64,000 bases of DNA. Source: the human T2T-CHM13v2.0 reference genome, Homo sapiens. Under the pieces are notes generated by a model. The model was not told the origin of the DNA and did not search any database. It worked only from the letters and a program-made list of their open reading frames with translations. The DNA is taken from the NCBI RefSeq assembly GCF_009914755.1, contig NC_060929.1; one strand, 5' to 3'. Shown here in pieces: positions 31,360-51,240 of this stretch. The position numbers and the translations under genes were made by a program. The stretch's first letter is position 1. Each line of letters begins with the position of its first letter.

Positions 31360-31551
31360 TGGTTATAATATATAATGTGTGAATTACCTCCCTCTTCTTC
31401 CCCTCCACACCTAATCAATGCCATGGTTATGAAGTATAAAGTGAGAATTGCTTTCTTCTTCTTCCCCTCCACACCCAATCAATGCCGTGGTTATGATATA
31501 TAATGTGTGAATTACCTCCCTGTATTTCCCCTCCACAACCAATCAATGCTG
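31360..31551. repeat. 64-bp tandem repeat, 3 copies
   Basis: Units start at 31360, 31424 and 31488: tggttat.atatataatgtgtgaattacctccct...ttcccctccacacc.aatcaatgcc. Confidence 0.95.
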
Positions 31552-32625
31552 CATCCCGAGCATGCCCCATCTTAAGCATCTCTCAACTCTCCCCACTTTT
31601 CTCTGGCTGCATGGCCACTTCTCTGTTCCCAGCCTTAGGCAGGGCTCACTGCACCTGCCCCTGCAGCCTCTAACAGACTGGCTGCTTCCATGATTGTCTT
31701 TCTGGGTGATCACATGGGACATGTTCTCTAGCTTAAACCCCTCCAGTGGCATCTCTGGAAATTTTCAGCTGTACTGCTACCTGATGCTGTGCTCTTATAA
31801 GTCAAATTCCTAATCTTGACCTGTACGCCCCTGTATGATTTGTCCCCATTTATATGTAGAAACTCATGTCTTGCTACTATTCCCCTCACTACCAGCATTC
31901 CAGGCGAAGCAGCTTATTTTTAGCAACTGAAATACATAAAGAAACTCTCCTTTTTAAAGACTTTTGCACTGGATGTTCCTTCCACCTAGAACCTTCTTCA
32001 TCCTCTCCTCAGCCCCCTTGCATGCCCTGCAAATCTAGATCAGCCTTCAAGAACAAGCTTGAAGTGTCCTTTCCTTGGGAAATTCTCATAAGGACCACCC
32101 CTCTGCCATTGTATAAACTCCCAGTAAACAGTCTTACTCTTTCATAGAACATATCACAACTCCAGTGAAATAATTACCTGGATAAAGATTTCTTTAAAAT
32201 CTGTCTCCTCCTCTGAACTGTTTCTTGAATCTTGTCTTATTCCCAGCACATCATGTGGCTTTGTCAATACACATAGTAGAAGGAATAAAGTTACTATTCC
32301 TCTGTGAGCTTAATTCTGTCATGTTTTGCATTTGAACATCCTTGAGGGACACCTTTGCTCTTTGATCTTCAACTTCCTCTTGGTTGAGAAGAGCCATGGC
32401 TCTGTGTGAGGGAACTCCATCCCTGGGCTTTCTTAGCCACCAAGGCCTGGCTGGAAACCACAGTAGGAGTCAGGAAGGGTCATTGATCTACTGAATGGCA
32501 GAGCTGGAAAGAAGCATAGGAGTCCATGAGCCCTATGGCCACATTTTACAGATGGGGAAGCTGGGGCCAAGAGAAATCAAACATTATGTCAAAAAGCAGA
32601 AGTAAGAAATAACTTCAATGAATGA

Positions 32626-33078
<453 letters not shown>

Positions 33079-34927
33079 TGAGAAATAACAGAGAACATGG
33101 GTAACAAATGCAGTCAACTCATCTAAGAAGTTCCAAAGCCTGAGTCCCTGCATTTCTGGTTGCTGGGTGACTGTTTTCCCCACAATACTGCTCTGCACCT
33201 CTTACAAATAAATACTTGGGCAACTCCACTTCCGGTAAGAAATACTTGGCCAGGGAGCCATAGCTGTGAGCAAAAATATGTCTGCTTCATTCTCTTCTTT
33301 GCTTATTTATGGCTGTGACTTCTGTAACCTGTCCTGCCATCTGTTAAATGAAGCATCCTCGAGTCACAGGATGTGATGGGAAGAGAGCATAGGCACCTTG
33401 GAGTCAGGCTTCCTGGAGTTTAAATCCTGGCTGTGCCACTTACAGCTAGGTGACCCCAGATAGGTCATAGAAATGGGAGACAGAGTGAGGCCCTGTCTCA
33501 AAAAAGAAAAGAAAAGAAAAGAAAAAAAAAAAAGTCATACCTGAGACAGGATAATTTATCCAGAGTGAGACAGGGTCTCTCTCTGTTGCCTTGCTGAGCC
33601 TTGGGCTTCCCTTTGTAAAATGTGGGGACTAATTGCCTTCCCCTAGGTTTGTTCAGGATTAAATGGGGGTAGTGCTTATGAGACACAGAGAAAACAGAAG
33701 GCACCATAAACATTATCTTGACAACAGCAGCATGGAGCAACCCAGTTGGGAAGATGTCAGGAAAGGCCATCCATTGGGTAGAAAAAGTACAGGGATTTGT
33801 CAGAAGGGCAAAGTGAACCCCAGGGGTACACCTAAAGGGGAGCAGGCTTGCAACTGATGTGGATTTTCCTTTAGCTGCAGGTCTTATTGGCTGTCTCCTA
33901 ATTTCAAATCTATGACCCCATCTGTTCTGCCCATTGCATTCATTCGGGTGCACGTGCATTTGTTTGCGTGCGTATACGTGCTTGTGCATGTGTGCACACT
34001 TACTCATGGAGTGGCTGGGAGCAGGGGCCAGGCAACCTCCCAACAGCTCCCCAACCCCCAGCAGCATCAGCACATTTCTACACATATTACATATCCCAGT
34101 TCCGTATTTGAATGGGAAAGGTGAAAAAAGTGAGAAAATGTTTATAAATTAATTTTATTGCCAATCTGAAAATGGTTTCATTCCCAAAGCCATTTGGAAG
34201 GTTTTGTTTTTCTAAGCTGTGACTCTGCAACATTTACCCAGAAAGGGTCCTTTAAGGAACTCACACAAATGGGCTGTGAATACTATCATTTTATGAGCAC
34301 CCTTTCCACAATCTAGAAGTCAAAGTCTGAAAACACCATCCCTAAATGTTAAACTAGAAAATATTAATTTAGAATGATTTTTTGTTACTGATATTTAAAT
34401 TACAATTTCATGGCAGACTCTGAAGAAAGGAGGAGGGGTTGGAGAAAGAGGTGGCAGGTAATCCAAGTAGAACGAACCAGTTGAAAAAAAGAAGAGCCCA
34501 AGTCATTCCTGAAGAATATAAAGAAAGCCAGAGCCTGCCAGCTTCTCAGGCAGATGGAAATCATGCCCTGGGGGATTTACCAGGTCCACATGCTGTGCCT
34601 CAGCCTGCAGGCTCTGTCATTGCATTTTGCCTACAGATCAAAAGCAGGTCGGGGCAGACCCATCCTCTTCAACTTCCCAAGACTGAGATGAAAGCAGGAG
34701 TTAGATTAGTTCATTTTCAGTGAGAAATCAAAATCACCATGGCAAGGCCTGGAATCTCACATTAGCATAGCAAGCTTTTTTTCTCTGTACATTGAGCCAT
34801 CTTAGAGGAATCTCCAATGTCTAATGGTGGGTTGGGGGAAGGGTTAGAGGAGAGCATCAGAGTAGACCATGCCCTTGGGGCCCAAAGGCAGGAAGTCCCC
34901 AAGCCAAAGCTCTGGTTCCTTGGTAAG

Positions 34928-35532
<605 letters not shown>

Positions 35533-36369
35533 GGAGGCCACTGTCCGGACCTGCATCTGTGAGAACTCTCTCTCATCTCATTGCCAGCCAGCCCCATTTG
35601 GAGGGGAACCTTCTTTCTAAGGAGAAGACAAAGCTTTCTCTGTGAGGTCATAGATTCCCCAAAGATTGAAAATAATGAATTCAAGGTAATAAACCAGATA
35701 TTCAGGATGGCAAAGAAATGGAGGCATTTACATATTCCTTAAAATTTCTTGTGTGTGTAAAGGAAAATAAAGCAAATGATGATGTTACCATGTGTGGGGG
35801 TGGAGAGGGAGGAAGATGGCCTCTGACCTGGCACATTAAATTCTGACTAGCTTTGGTGAGGTCAGTTGTTGAGAAAAGGGAACCAAGCAGTGTCTTAGTG
35901 GATTGTGAAAGGCACAGTGCCGGTCAGGATTCCACTTTCCCAGGCTCTGTCTCCAGGCCCCTGTTCTCCTTCTCCTGACATCTCTGGAATCTCATTCACT
36001 CTTATGTCTGTGATCACTTGGGTGCTGGTGACCCTGAATTCTCTCTCACCCTCCCTTCTCTCCTGGACTTGGGACTGGACTGTCTGCTGTCCATTTTCAC
36101 CTTCATGTCCCTGGGGCAGCTTGAATGAGCCACGTTCACCATGAAGAATGCATCAGTGAGCAGCAGCACCTGCTGGGCCCATGAGTGGCTGGCCACTCCA
36201 TTGATGCTATCATCCATGCATAAATCTGGGGATGAGTCACAACTCCCCCTTCTCCTTCTGCCCTCAAGTCTAACCTATTGCCTAATTTGGTGGATTACTT
36301 CTGTACATTTATTGTACTGGTCTTCTCCTCTGCTTCCCACCCCAACTATTTTTGCCTTGGTTCAGATCT

Positions 36370-36789
36370 TGTGATGGTTAATACTGAGTATCAACTTGAT
36401 TGGATTGAAGGATGCAACATATTGATCCTGTCTGTGAGGGTGTTGCCAAAAGAGATTAACATTTGAGTCACTGGGCTGGGAAAGGCAGACTCACCCTCAA
36501 TCTAAGCAGGCACCATCTAATCAGCTGCCAGTGCAGCTAGAATATAAAGCATGCAGAAAAGCCTGAAAAGGCTAGACTGGCCTAGCCTCCCAGCCTACAT
36601 CTTTCTCCCATGCTGGATGCTTCCTGCCCTTGAACATCAGACTCCAAATTCTTAAGTTTTGGGACTCGGACTGGCTCTTCTTGCTCCTCAGCTTGCAGAC
36701 AGCCTATTGTGGGACCTTGTAATCATGTGAGTTAATACTTAATAAACTCCCCTATATATATTCTATTAGTTCTAGAGAACCCTAATACA
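36370..36789 (+). mobile_element. MLT2A (HERV-L 5' LTR)
   Basis: tgtgatggttaatactgagtatcaacttgattggattgaagg...cttaataaactcccc...ctagagaaccctaataca, followed by PBS tggtaccaggagtggttc (36795-36812, Leu-type). Confidence 0.9.
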
Positions 36790-41268
<4,479 letters not shown>

Positions 41269-41344
41269 TTGCTTTCAAACACTGTGCCTGGCCCAGTTAA
41301 TATGAGCTGTTGTAATAATGGTAATGGTGATGGTAATAAGAAAG

Positions 41345-42275
<931 letters not shown>

Positions 42276-42779
42276 AGGAGATGAGAATTTGAGAGAATGT
42301 AACAAAGCTCAAATTTTGTCTCTTTAGAATTTGTTTGAATTTCTTTATTATTACATTTTCCCAAAAGTAAGTTATTGAATTGAATAAAAAGTCTAATGAT
42401 TTATTGACTTACCCTGTATGTATGTATGCAATGATTATTATGGGCACTGCAGAATCAAAGTTTCTGTTCTCAGGGAGTTTATATTGAGGTGAGAAAAGAG
42501 CAATAAAGAAATGTATACATTATTTTAGCTAGTGCTCAGATTGCTCAGATTAGGAAAGAAAAATAAAGCAGGGTAACAGGATAGGGAGTGATGGGCTAAG
42601 GGGGGTTTTAGTTAGCAGGGTCAAAGGAAGCCCCTTTAATGAGGTGACATTTGGGCAGAGAAAGAAGGAAGTGAGGGAGAGAGCCATGTGGAACTCAAGG
42701 GACAGAATTCCAGGTGGAGTCCGTGGTGAATGCCCAGGTCCTGAGGCAGGAGCACACTCAGCTCACTCAAGGAAGAGAT

Positions 42780-42920
42780 AGTGGGCCCTGGACTTCTACA
42801 CTCACAGCATCCCATACTTGATTTAATATTCTGCTGCTACAGAAATCCTGAATGTGTTTTTGAACAAGGGGTCCTGCATTTTCATTTTGCACTGGGCTCT
42901 GCAAATTATGTAGCTGGTTA
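42780..42920. mobile_element. MER91-like hAT fragment
   Basis: gaacaaggggtcctgcattttcattttgcactgggctctgcaaattatgtagctgg. Confidence 0.55.
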
Positions 42921-42953
42921 TAGTGATAGGGGAGGGAGGCAGAGGAAGCTCCC

Positions 42954-43329
42954 TGTTAAATTAATACAGCAGGAGGGCACTGGCTTGAGGTTGTCTCTAT
43001 ACTTTGAGTTCCTGTGTAAGGAACTGCAACATAACTTAGTACGTAAACAAACTGAAAACCTAGCTTGGGAGTATAACAAACAGTGGAGTCTCAGCCAATC
43101 ACAGCCAGCCAACTGATCAGACCATGTCCATATAAAGCAATTGCAGTCCTGTAACCAATAAAGCTGTTTTTGTACTTTACTTCCAGTTTCTGTCTATAAA
43201 TAGTCACTGCCCACTTTGCAGAGGAGAGCTGTCTAAACCTCTCCTGGTTCTGAGTGTTGCCCAATTCATGAATCTTTCTTTGCTCAAATAAACTCTGCTA
43301 AATTTAGTATGTTGAAAAATTTTCTAACA
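42954..43329 (+). mobile_element. Solo MER57-family LTR
   Basis: tgttaaa...ccaatc...tataaa...ttctttgctcaaataaactctgctaaattt...ctaaca. The 3' end resembles the reverse complement of the LTRs at 1458 and 9012. Confidence 0.7.
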
Positions 43330-45009
43330 GCCCTGAACACAGCCCTGATAGCTGATTTGCATTTGTCACCTTAGGATTTTGTCTATGTCTTGATGCTGGC
43401 ACCTCTATCAGAAACCTAGGGATGCGTTTGGGCTTGTAGAAAACAATCTTCTAACAGTTTATCTCCAAAGCTATGTCAGTGAACACAGGCCTGAAATACT
43501 AGGATTTGGATAGGAAAGGGGAAAAGTGTTCCCAAGCAATACTCAGTATGAGCAGGTGAAGCAAATACCAGGAAGATGGAGATGGCAGGTGGGGTGGAAA
43601 TTGGGGGATTCTTGTCTTCCTTGCTCAGAAAGGGGTAGAGTGGAGAGGAAGGAGGAGGAGTGGACAAGGTTCTGTGGCTGCCAGGGTGTGTGATCCATGA
43701 TCAAGGGATGGCCCTGAAGCCAGGGTAGGGAGTGAACAGTAAGACTCAGAGCAAAGGGCCTCAGGAGAAAAAACATGGGTTTGGAGGATTTTACAGCCGT
43801 GATTTAGAAATAGTCAGTTGTAAGAAAAAGGCACCAACCATGGGGAACCACAAGACAGTGTGCCCTATGACACCGAAATGAATTGGTCTGTAGGATCCAG
43901 TATAGAGTTTCCACCTAAAAGTGGGGGAGCTCCACCAGCCATGGTGTTGCCAGCCCATAGGGAGATGGCAGATGCTAAGGGTGTGTTATACCAGATGCTG
44001 GGCTGAGGAGGGGGCTGCCAGACTCCCTTATTCAGGGTGAATCTCTCCAACTTCTACTACAACTCCTACTCCCAAAGGATTCTAACTGGAAATGTTGATG
44101 GAGTCCGCAGGACATTATCTCCTTGGAGTTCCTTCAGTCTTTGGTATCTGCTTCAGTTTTACCTTGTATTTGAATAATCAGCCATGCATTCTTCGCATCT
44201 TGAGGGCAAAGGCTGTGTCTTGGTCATCACATGGTACAGGCAGGAAGAATCCACTCTGCTCATTTGGGAGAATAAAATCTGATCATGTAGGGAAAAGGCC
44301 TGCCTTCCAGATACAACAGAAAATGAGAATATCTTCCCGGTGGATTTCTAGAAATGGCATTCCTGACTTTTCTAGTGGAGAAAGAAAGAAGAACTAACAT
44401 CCGTCTTCTAGAGGAGGAGGGACTTAGTCACTAAGAGAGGTCAAAGGGTCTTCTCATTTTTTCTTTCCCTTTAGCTCCTGCATTTTGCACACATTTTGAT
44501 GTGAGTATTTTTTTGGCATTTTGATGTATCTTGGTGTGAAGCTTGGAAGATCTTTTCTTGAATAACAGGTATGTTTGAGTTAGAAATAAAGGAGACCTGC
44601 TATGTGATAACAGGTGAAAAGAACTGGGAAGAGCTCAGCTTGCATGAACTTGCAGTGTAAATGGGCCAGGCCAAAGGCAGTTTTGGCGGTAAGATTGTGA
44701 TCAGGGAACCCTTACTTAGTGTTACAGACACAAGGCAGTGTCACCTCTGGATTATCTATTCCCAGAGGGCAGCTATTGTCTGCTCTTCTAACCAGTTTTA
44801 CTTGCCCAATAGGGCTTTGCATACAAAGTATTTAGCCTTCAGTGTTGACTCTGTGCTTGACTATTTAGCCTCATGCTCAGGCCAGGAAGGTATTTGGAAC
44901 CAGTGCCACCTTATTAAACATGTATCTGGATGACGGTTCTTCTATTGCTTTCACTGTCTTCCCTCTGTTCAAACATCTCCAATGGACTGCCTCCTTACTA
45001 CCCAAATCA

Positions 45010-45150
45010 TGGTTTAAGGACCAGCAGCACAAGCATCATCTGGGAACTTGTTAGAAATGCAGAATCTGAGGCTCCATCTCAGACTTGCTGAAACAGAATC
45101 TGCATTTTAACAAGTTCCCTGGGTGCTTTGTATGCACATCGAAGTTGAAG
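45010..45150. mobile_element. MER5A-like hAT
   Basis: ccagcagcacaagcatcatctgggaacttgttagaaatgcagaatct...ctgcattttaacaag. Confidence 0.75.
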
Positions 45151-45834
45151 GAGGTCTGCTTGGCATTATCAACTGAGAAAAGCACAACTTCTTAGCTGAC
45201 CCTATATGACTCATTACACCTCCAAATTAATATTCACTCCAGGGTATTATGGTCTACATAAGCTTGGTGCCCTTAAAAGCTGTCTCCTAATGTGTGTGCT
45301 CCGGCTTTTAGTTTCAGACTTCATTCATATTTTTGTGTCTTTCTGAACACAAATATTTATCTAGTACTTATTCTTCCATAACCTATTTCTTCCGAGATGC
45401 TGCCTTTATTTCCCCATATTTCATGTCCCACAGCCAATCCCTTGCCTTTTCTACTTCCACAGCAAGTCTGAAATTCCAGAATTCTAGACCAGCTCAGAGC
45501 CCAGAGTCCTTCTTACTGACTGGGAAAGAAGTTTGGACAACTTTCAGAACATGCCATGATCAGTCATTCACATTTCTGTATCTTTGCTCAGTTGGGGTCC
45601 CCTATGGAGTAGGGAACTAGCTGAAGTTCTAGCTGTAGCCACATCACTTGGCCTGAACTTCTTCCCAGAGACATCAAAGTTACCAAGGCCACACTACTCC
45701 CTTCTTCCTCTAAATTCCAAAAACATTTGTCTGCACCTATGATCCAGGCACTAAATCCTAGGAACCTTTGATTTGTGGTGGCAATACAATGGTTCATAAC
45801 TAACTAAGGACCTACATAATGGTTTTATGTTTTA

Positions 45835-47200
<1,366 letters not shown>

Positions 47201-47687
47201 TTTCTGTGACATATAACAGGTGTATGTTAGTAAATGTTTATTTATGTGAAAAAAGTAAACCCTCATTAAGCCACTGCAGTAGGATTTCCTATTAATTGAG
47301 CCTTCTTTGAACTGTCTTTATAATGCAGTCCATTGTAACAGGATTTTAATCTAAATATAATGGCAAAATTAAATAAATAGAACACTGCTTCATTCATCCA
47401 TCTCTCCAATCATCCATCCAGACATCCATCCACCCATTCATCCAATGCTTCTTTTCTTTGTAAAATGAAACTGAAATGCCAATATTCATATTTCTCCCAA
47501 TTATGCCTAACCATGCTACCTACTCCCTACTGCTCTGTTTGAACGTTATGTGAACTTGCTGTTATGGCCAAATAAGTCAGCCAAGATGGGAACATTAATT
47601 TCTTTGAGCAGATGGTTGTAAAGGTTGACCTGTAAAAAGAGGTGCCAATTTGTTTTGCTGTAGTGTGCTGTCACAGAAAAAGGACTC

Positions 47688-48369
47688 TGTTAGGGACATC
47701 TGTTGTTCTTGCTTGCCTGGCATCCCTCATCCCTTCTTTAGGTCACGGCACCTAAATTTCCTTTTCAGTATCTCACCTTTCATGTTCTTAGTCCATGCAG
47801 TTTGGATGAGGTCATTCCACCTGCTGGCATCAGAGGTGGGCATGTGCCTAGGACAGAATTATCCATCCCCTACACCATAGTGATTGGTCAAGAAATTGGC
47901 ATTTGGCTTTAGTTGACCAATCAGAGTTCCCAAAAGATTTTTGCTGGAATTGTCAAGTAAGGAACACAGTTCTTCTTGAGAGTGGGTTCTAAGCCTGTAG
48001 CTTCCACTGCACATCTTTGCTACCATGTGGGGAAAGACAGTCTGAGAATGAAGCCAACAACAGAGGCAAACAGGAAAGTGGGAGTGAGGAAGAGGTGGCT
48101 GTTCTTCATAACATCAACTGGTAATTGGCATCTAGCTTTTTCTGAAGCCAGATCCACCCCAGGACTTTTCCATTACACAAACCAATCAATTTCCTTTCAT
48201 TGTCTCAGGCACTTTGAGTTGAGTTTCTGTTACCTGTAAGCCAGGGATTCCCAGTGGTCAGGCCGCAGACCAGTACTGGTCCATGGAAAAATTGTCTTCC
48301 ATGAAACCAGTCCCTGGTGCTAAAAAGTTTGGAGACTGCTGCTGTAAGCCAAAGTCCTGACAAATACAG
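47688..48369 (+). mobile_element. LTR33/LTR16-like ERVL LTR
   Basis: tgttagggacatctgttg...accaatcagagttccc...gagttgagtttctgttacctgtaagccaaagtcctgacaaataca. Confidence 0.55.
48242..48341. mobile_element. Internally deleted MER1-type hAT with both ends
   Basis: cagggattccc...ggtccatggaaaaattgtcttccatgaaaccagtccctggtgctaaaaagtttggagactgctg, with perfect 8-bp TSD ctgtaagc. Confidence 0.8.
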
Positions 48370-49924
48370 ATGCTTTCTGAGCATCTGCTACCTAATTCTT
48401 CCATTAGAGATTCATTCCTTTGGCTCTAGAATAGCATTTTCCACATTTTGTCCAGCAGAACACTTCCGTTAGATGCCAACAGGCGCTCCTTGGTCAAATG
48501 AGGAGGCAGGTGCTCAGGGCTCTTCAGGATTTAAAGGTGAGCCAGACATGGCTCCTGCTCCTGCACTCAAGGAGCCCCTCAACTTAGCAGATATCATAAG
48601 ATCGGTGCATAACTTATTTACATATCTACAAAAAAAATCTAAAAGAAAAAGTTCTCATGTCATCAGCCTGACCCACACATAAAGCACTTTGGCTATAGAA
48701 TCACAGTTAAGTGAGTGATAAATACCGCCACGGGAGTATTTGGAGCATTGAAGATGTGAGGGACAGTATTTCCAGCAGAGAAAATGGCTGGGGCAAGGGT
48801 ACAACACTGAGAAATTGCCACAAGCTCAACATGTATTTTGAAGTTCTGTAGGACATCCACAGTGACTGAAGGGTTGAGTTTTGGTGTAAAAGGAAGATTT
48901 CAGGGACAAAAACCAAACAAGAACTAGAGAAAAGTTTTGTTTGGAACAGATTGTGGAGGTTCTGATTGGCAGTCTGAGTGATTTGATTGGCAGCAAGATC
49001 AGGTAACCCTGTGAGGAGGCCAATGCCGTGGTCTGGTCAAACCTTACTGCAGGACTGGGAAGGACTGGGTGGAAAAAGAAGGCTGGAGGTGGTTGGAATC
49101 CCAGCCTCCGAGAACATTCTGCAGAGAAACTTTGGCCATATTTGCTCAAGAATCTTCCTCGTGGTATCATTTGAAAGCCATACTTTTTATTTCATGCTAA
49201 ACATTGTCAGAGGGAGCGGTGGCAGATTCATCCCGGAATGTGAGCCAACGCACCGGGCATGCACTTTAAATGGCATTCCAGACCTCGGGCTGGCAGGCTC
49301 CCTCAGATCCTCGCCCTGCACTGGTTCCTGCCTTACCCTGAGTTAGGATGTCAGGAGAGAGGGTCTGTTTTCTTACCTTCCCAGCAGAGAACATCCAGAA
49401 TGAGACACCAACCCTCCCTATTTCACCTCGTAGAGATATCACTGCACGGGCGTCAGCCTCGGTGCTGTTCTGATGATGCATTTTCTCTTTTTCTCTCCTG
49501 TCCTCCTTATGCCTGATCTTTGGGTACACTGTGTCAGCACTGCTATCGCTACACCCCAGTCCAAGTTACCGTTATCACCCACGTGGATTCTCACTTGGGC
49601 CTCCTAGCTAGTCTCCATGCTTCTGCTTTTGCCCCTGTACAGTCTGTCCTCAACAAAGCAGCTAGAATAATCCTTTAAAAACACACCCAGATCCTGTCTC
49701 CCTTTGTCTTAAAACCTTCGGATGGCTTCCTGTCTGATTCAGAATGAAATCCTAAATTGCCACCACGGCAGGAAAGACTCTACGTGATCTTGGCTGCCTT
49801 TTCAGCTTTATTTCTTCCCGCTCCCCCATCATTTTGGGCCTCTCTGCTTGCTTTTTTCCCCATCTCTACGGGACTGCTCTCTTCATGGCCCATAATGCAC
49901 CTCTTCACAATAGAAGCTTGTGCC

Positions 49925-50330
49925 TGTCAGAATAGGCTAATATAGGCTGCAGTAACAAACAATCTCCAAATCTCAGTGGCTCAAAATAACAAAGGTTTAT
50001 TCCTCAATTACCACGTTGTGCTGTGCCTGTTGTGGGTTGGCAGAGGGGCTCTGTTTACCATCAGCACTTGAAGTAGACAGAACTGCCGCCATCTTGAATA
50101 TTGCCAGCTGCTGTCTCAGAGGAAAAGAAAGAGGCTTTGGAGATCTCATAATGTCCACTAAACACAAGGCTCAGAATGTCACATTTCACTGGTCACTTCT
50201 GCTCATGCTCTTTGGCCAATCATTGGCCTCAGTCAACCACAAGGGAACTGAAACATACAATCTTACTATGTGCCGAGAAATGGACAGGATCTGTAATTGT
50301 GAAGTGAACTGCACTAATGATGACCACAAC
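49925..50330 (-). mobile_element. Old MLT1 (J/K-like) LTR
   Basis: ggctgcagtaacaaacaatctccaaatctcagtggctcaaaataacaaaggtttatt. Confidence 0.6.
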
Positions 50331-50442
50331 TGTGCCATGGCAGGGTCAGCCAGGTGGAGTGAGGGTAGAGGATGGTGGAGAGTGAGGCTGAGGGAGGAGG
50401 GTTGGTCATCTCAGCTCAAGCTCAGGGGGAAATGAGAACATG

Positions 50443-50745
50443 GTGGGAGAGATGTGGAGATGGTTAATGGGTATGAAAAGTAGTTAGAAAGGATGAATAA
50501 GACCTAGTATTTGATAGCACAATAGGGTGATTATAGTCAATAATAATTTAATTGTACATTTAAAAATAACTGAAAGAGTATAATTAGAATGTTTGTAACA
50601 CAAAGGATAAATGCTTGAGGGGATGGATACCCTATGATGTGATTATTACACATCGTGTGCCTGTATCAAAGAATCTCTACCTTATAAATATATACACTTA
50701 CTATATACCCACAAAAATTAAGAATTAAAAAATGTTTAAAAAAAA
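50443..50745 (+). mobile_element. 5'-truncated L1MA-like 3' end
   Basis: gaataagacctagtatttgatagcacaatagggtga...tatacccacaaaaattaa plus A-tail. TSD gaaatg[a/t]gaacatg. Confidence 0.85.
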
Positions 50746-50959
50746 GAAATGTGAACATGCCTGTGTTTAATGCTCACTGGCCCAGTCTGATGTGCCATGT
50801 GTGAAAGAAATGATGTGTGAAAGAGAACTTGGCCATTTGTCGAGTCCTTCTGGCCAAGTGTGCCTTTCCACAAATGGTGGGTTGGGAAGATCCCCCTGGC
50901 CAGAAAGAATTCTGATGTGTGTAATTGTTCCGTTACAGATTCATTCCTTTGGCTCTAGA

Positions 50960-51240
50960 ATAGCATTTTCCACATTTTGTCCAGCAGAACACTTCTGTTA
51001 GATGCCAACAGGTGCTCCTTGGTCAAATAAGATTGGGAGATGCTGGGTTAGACAAGATTAAACAGGGCTTCCCTCCACAGGCCTTCTCAGATCCTTGCTT
51101 CATATGGAATGTGTGATGTCGTTGCTGCTCCGTGAGAGGGGACTGAAGTATGTGACATTTCTCCCATGTTTAAGATCAAGGAATTCCAGCCTACACAGAT
51201 GCTTCCTAGGGTTCCACCGGGCAGCTTGGGAAACGCTTGC
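50960..51240. mobile_element. MER103C-like DNA transposon
   Basis: ggtcaaataagattgggagatgctgggttagacaagattaaacagg...ccttctcagatcc...cttgggaaacgc. Confidence 0.55.

Noticed and set aside
31360-31551. Possible CRISPR-like array
   Set aside because: The units are contiguous near-identical 64-mers with no unique spacers, in eukaryotic DNA with no cas genes.
33498-34085. 195-aa minus-strand ORF
   Set aside because: It runs through MIR, Alu-fragment and RY-repeat sequence with no recognisable domain.
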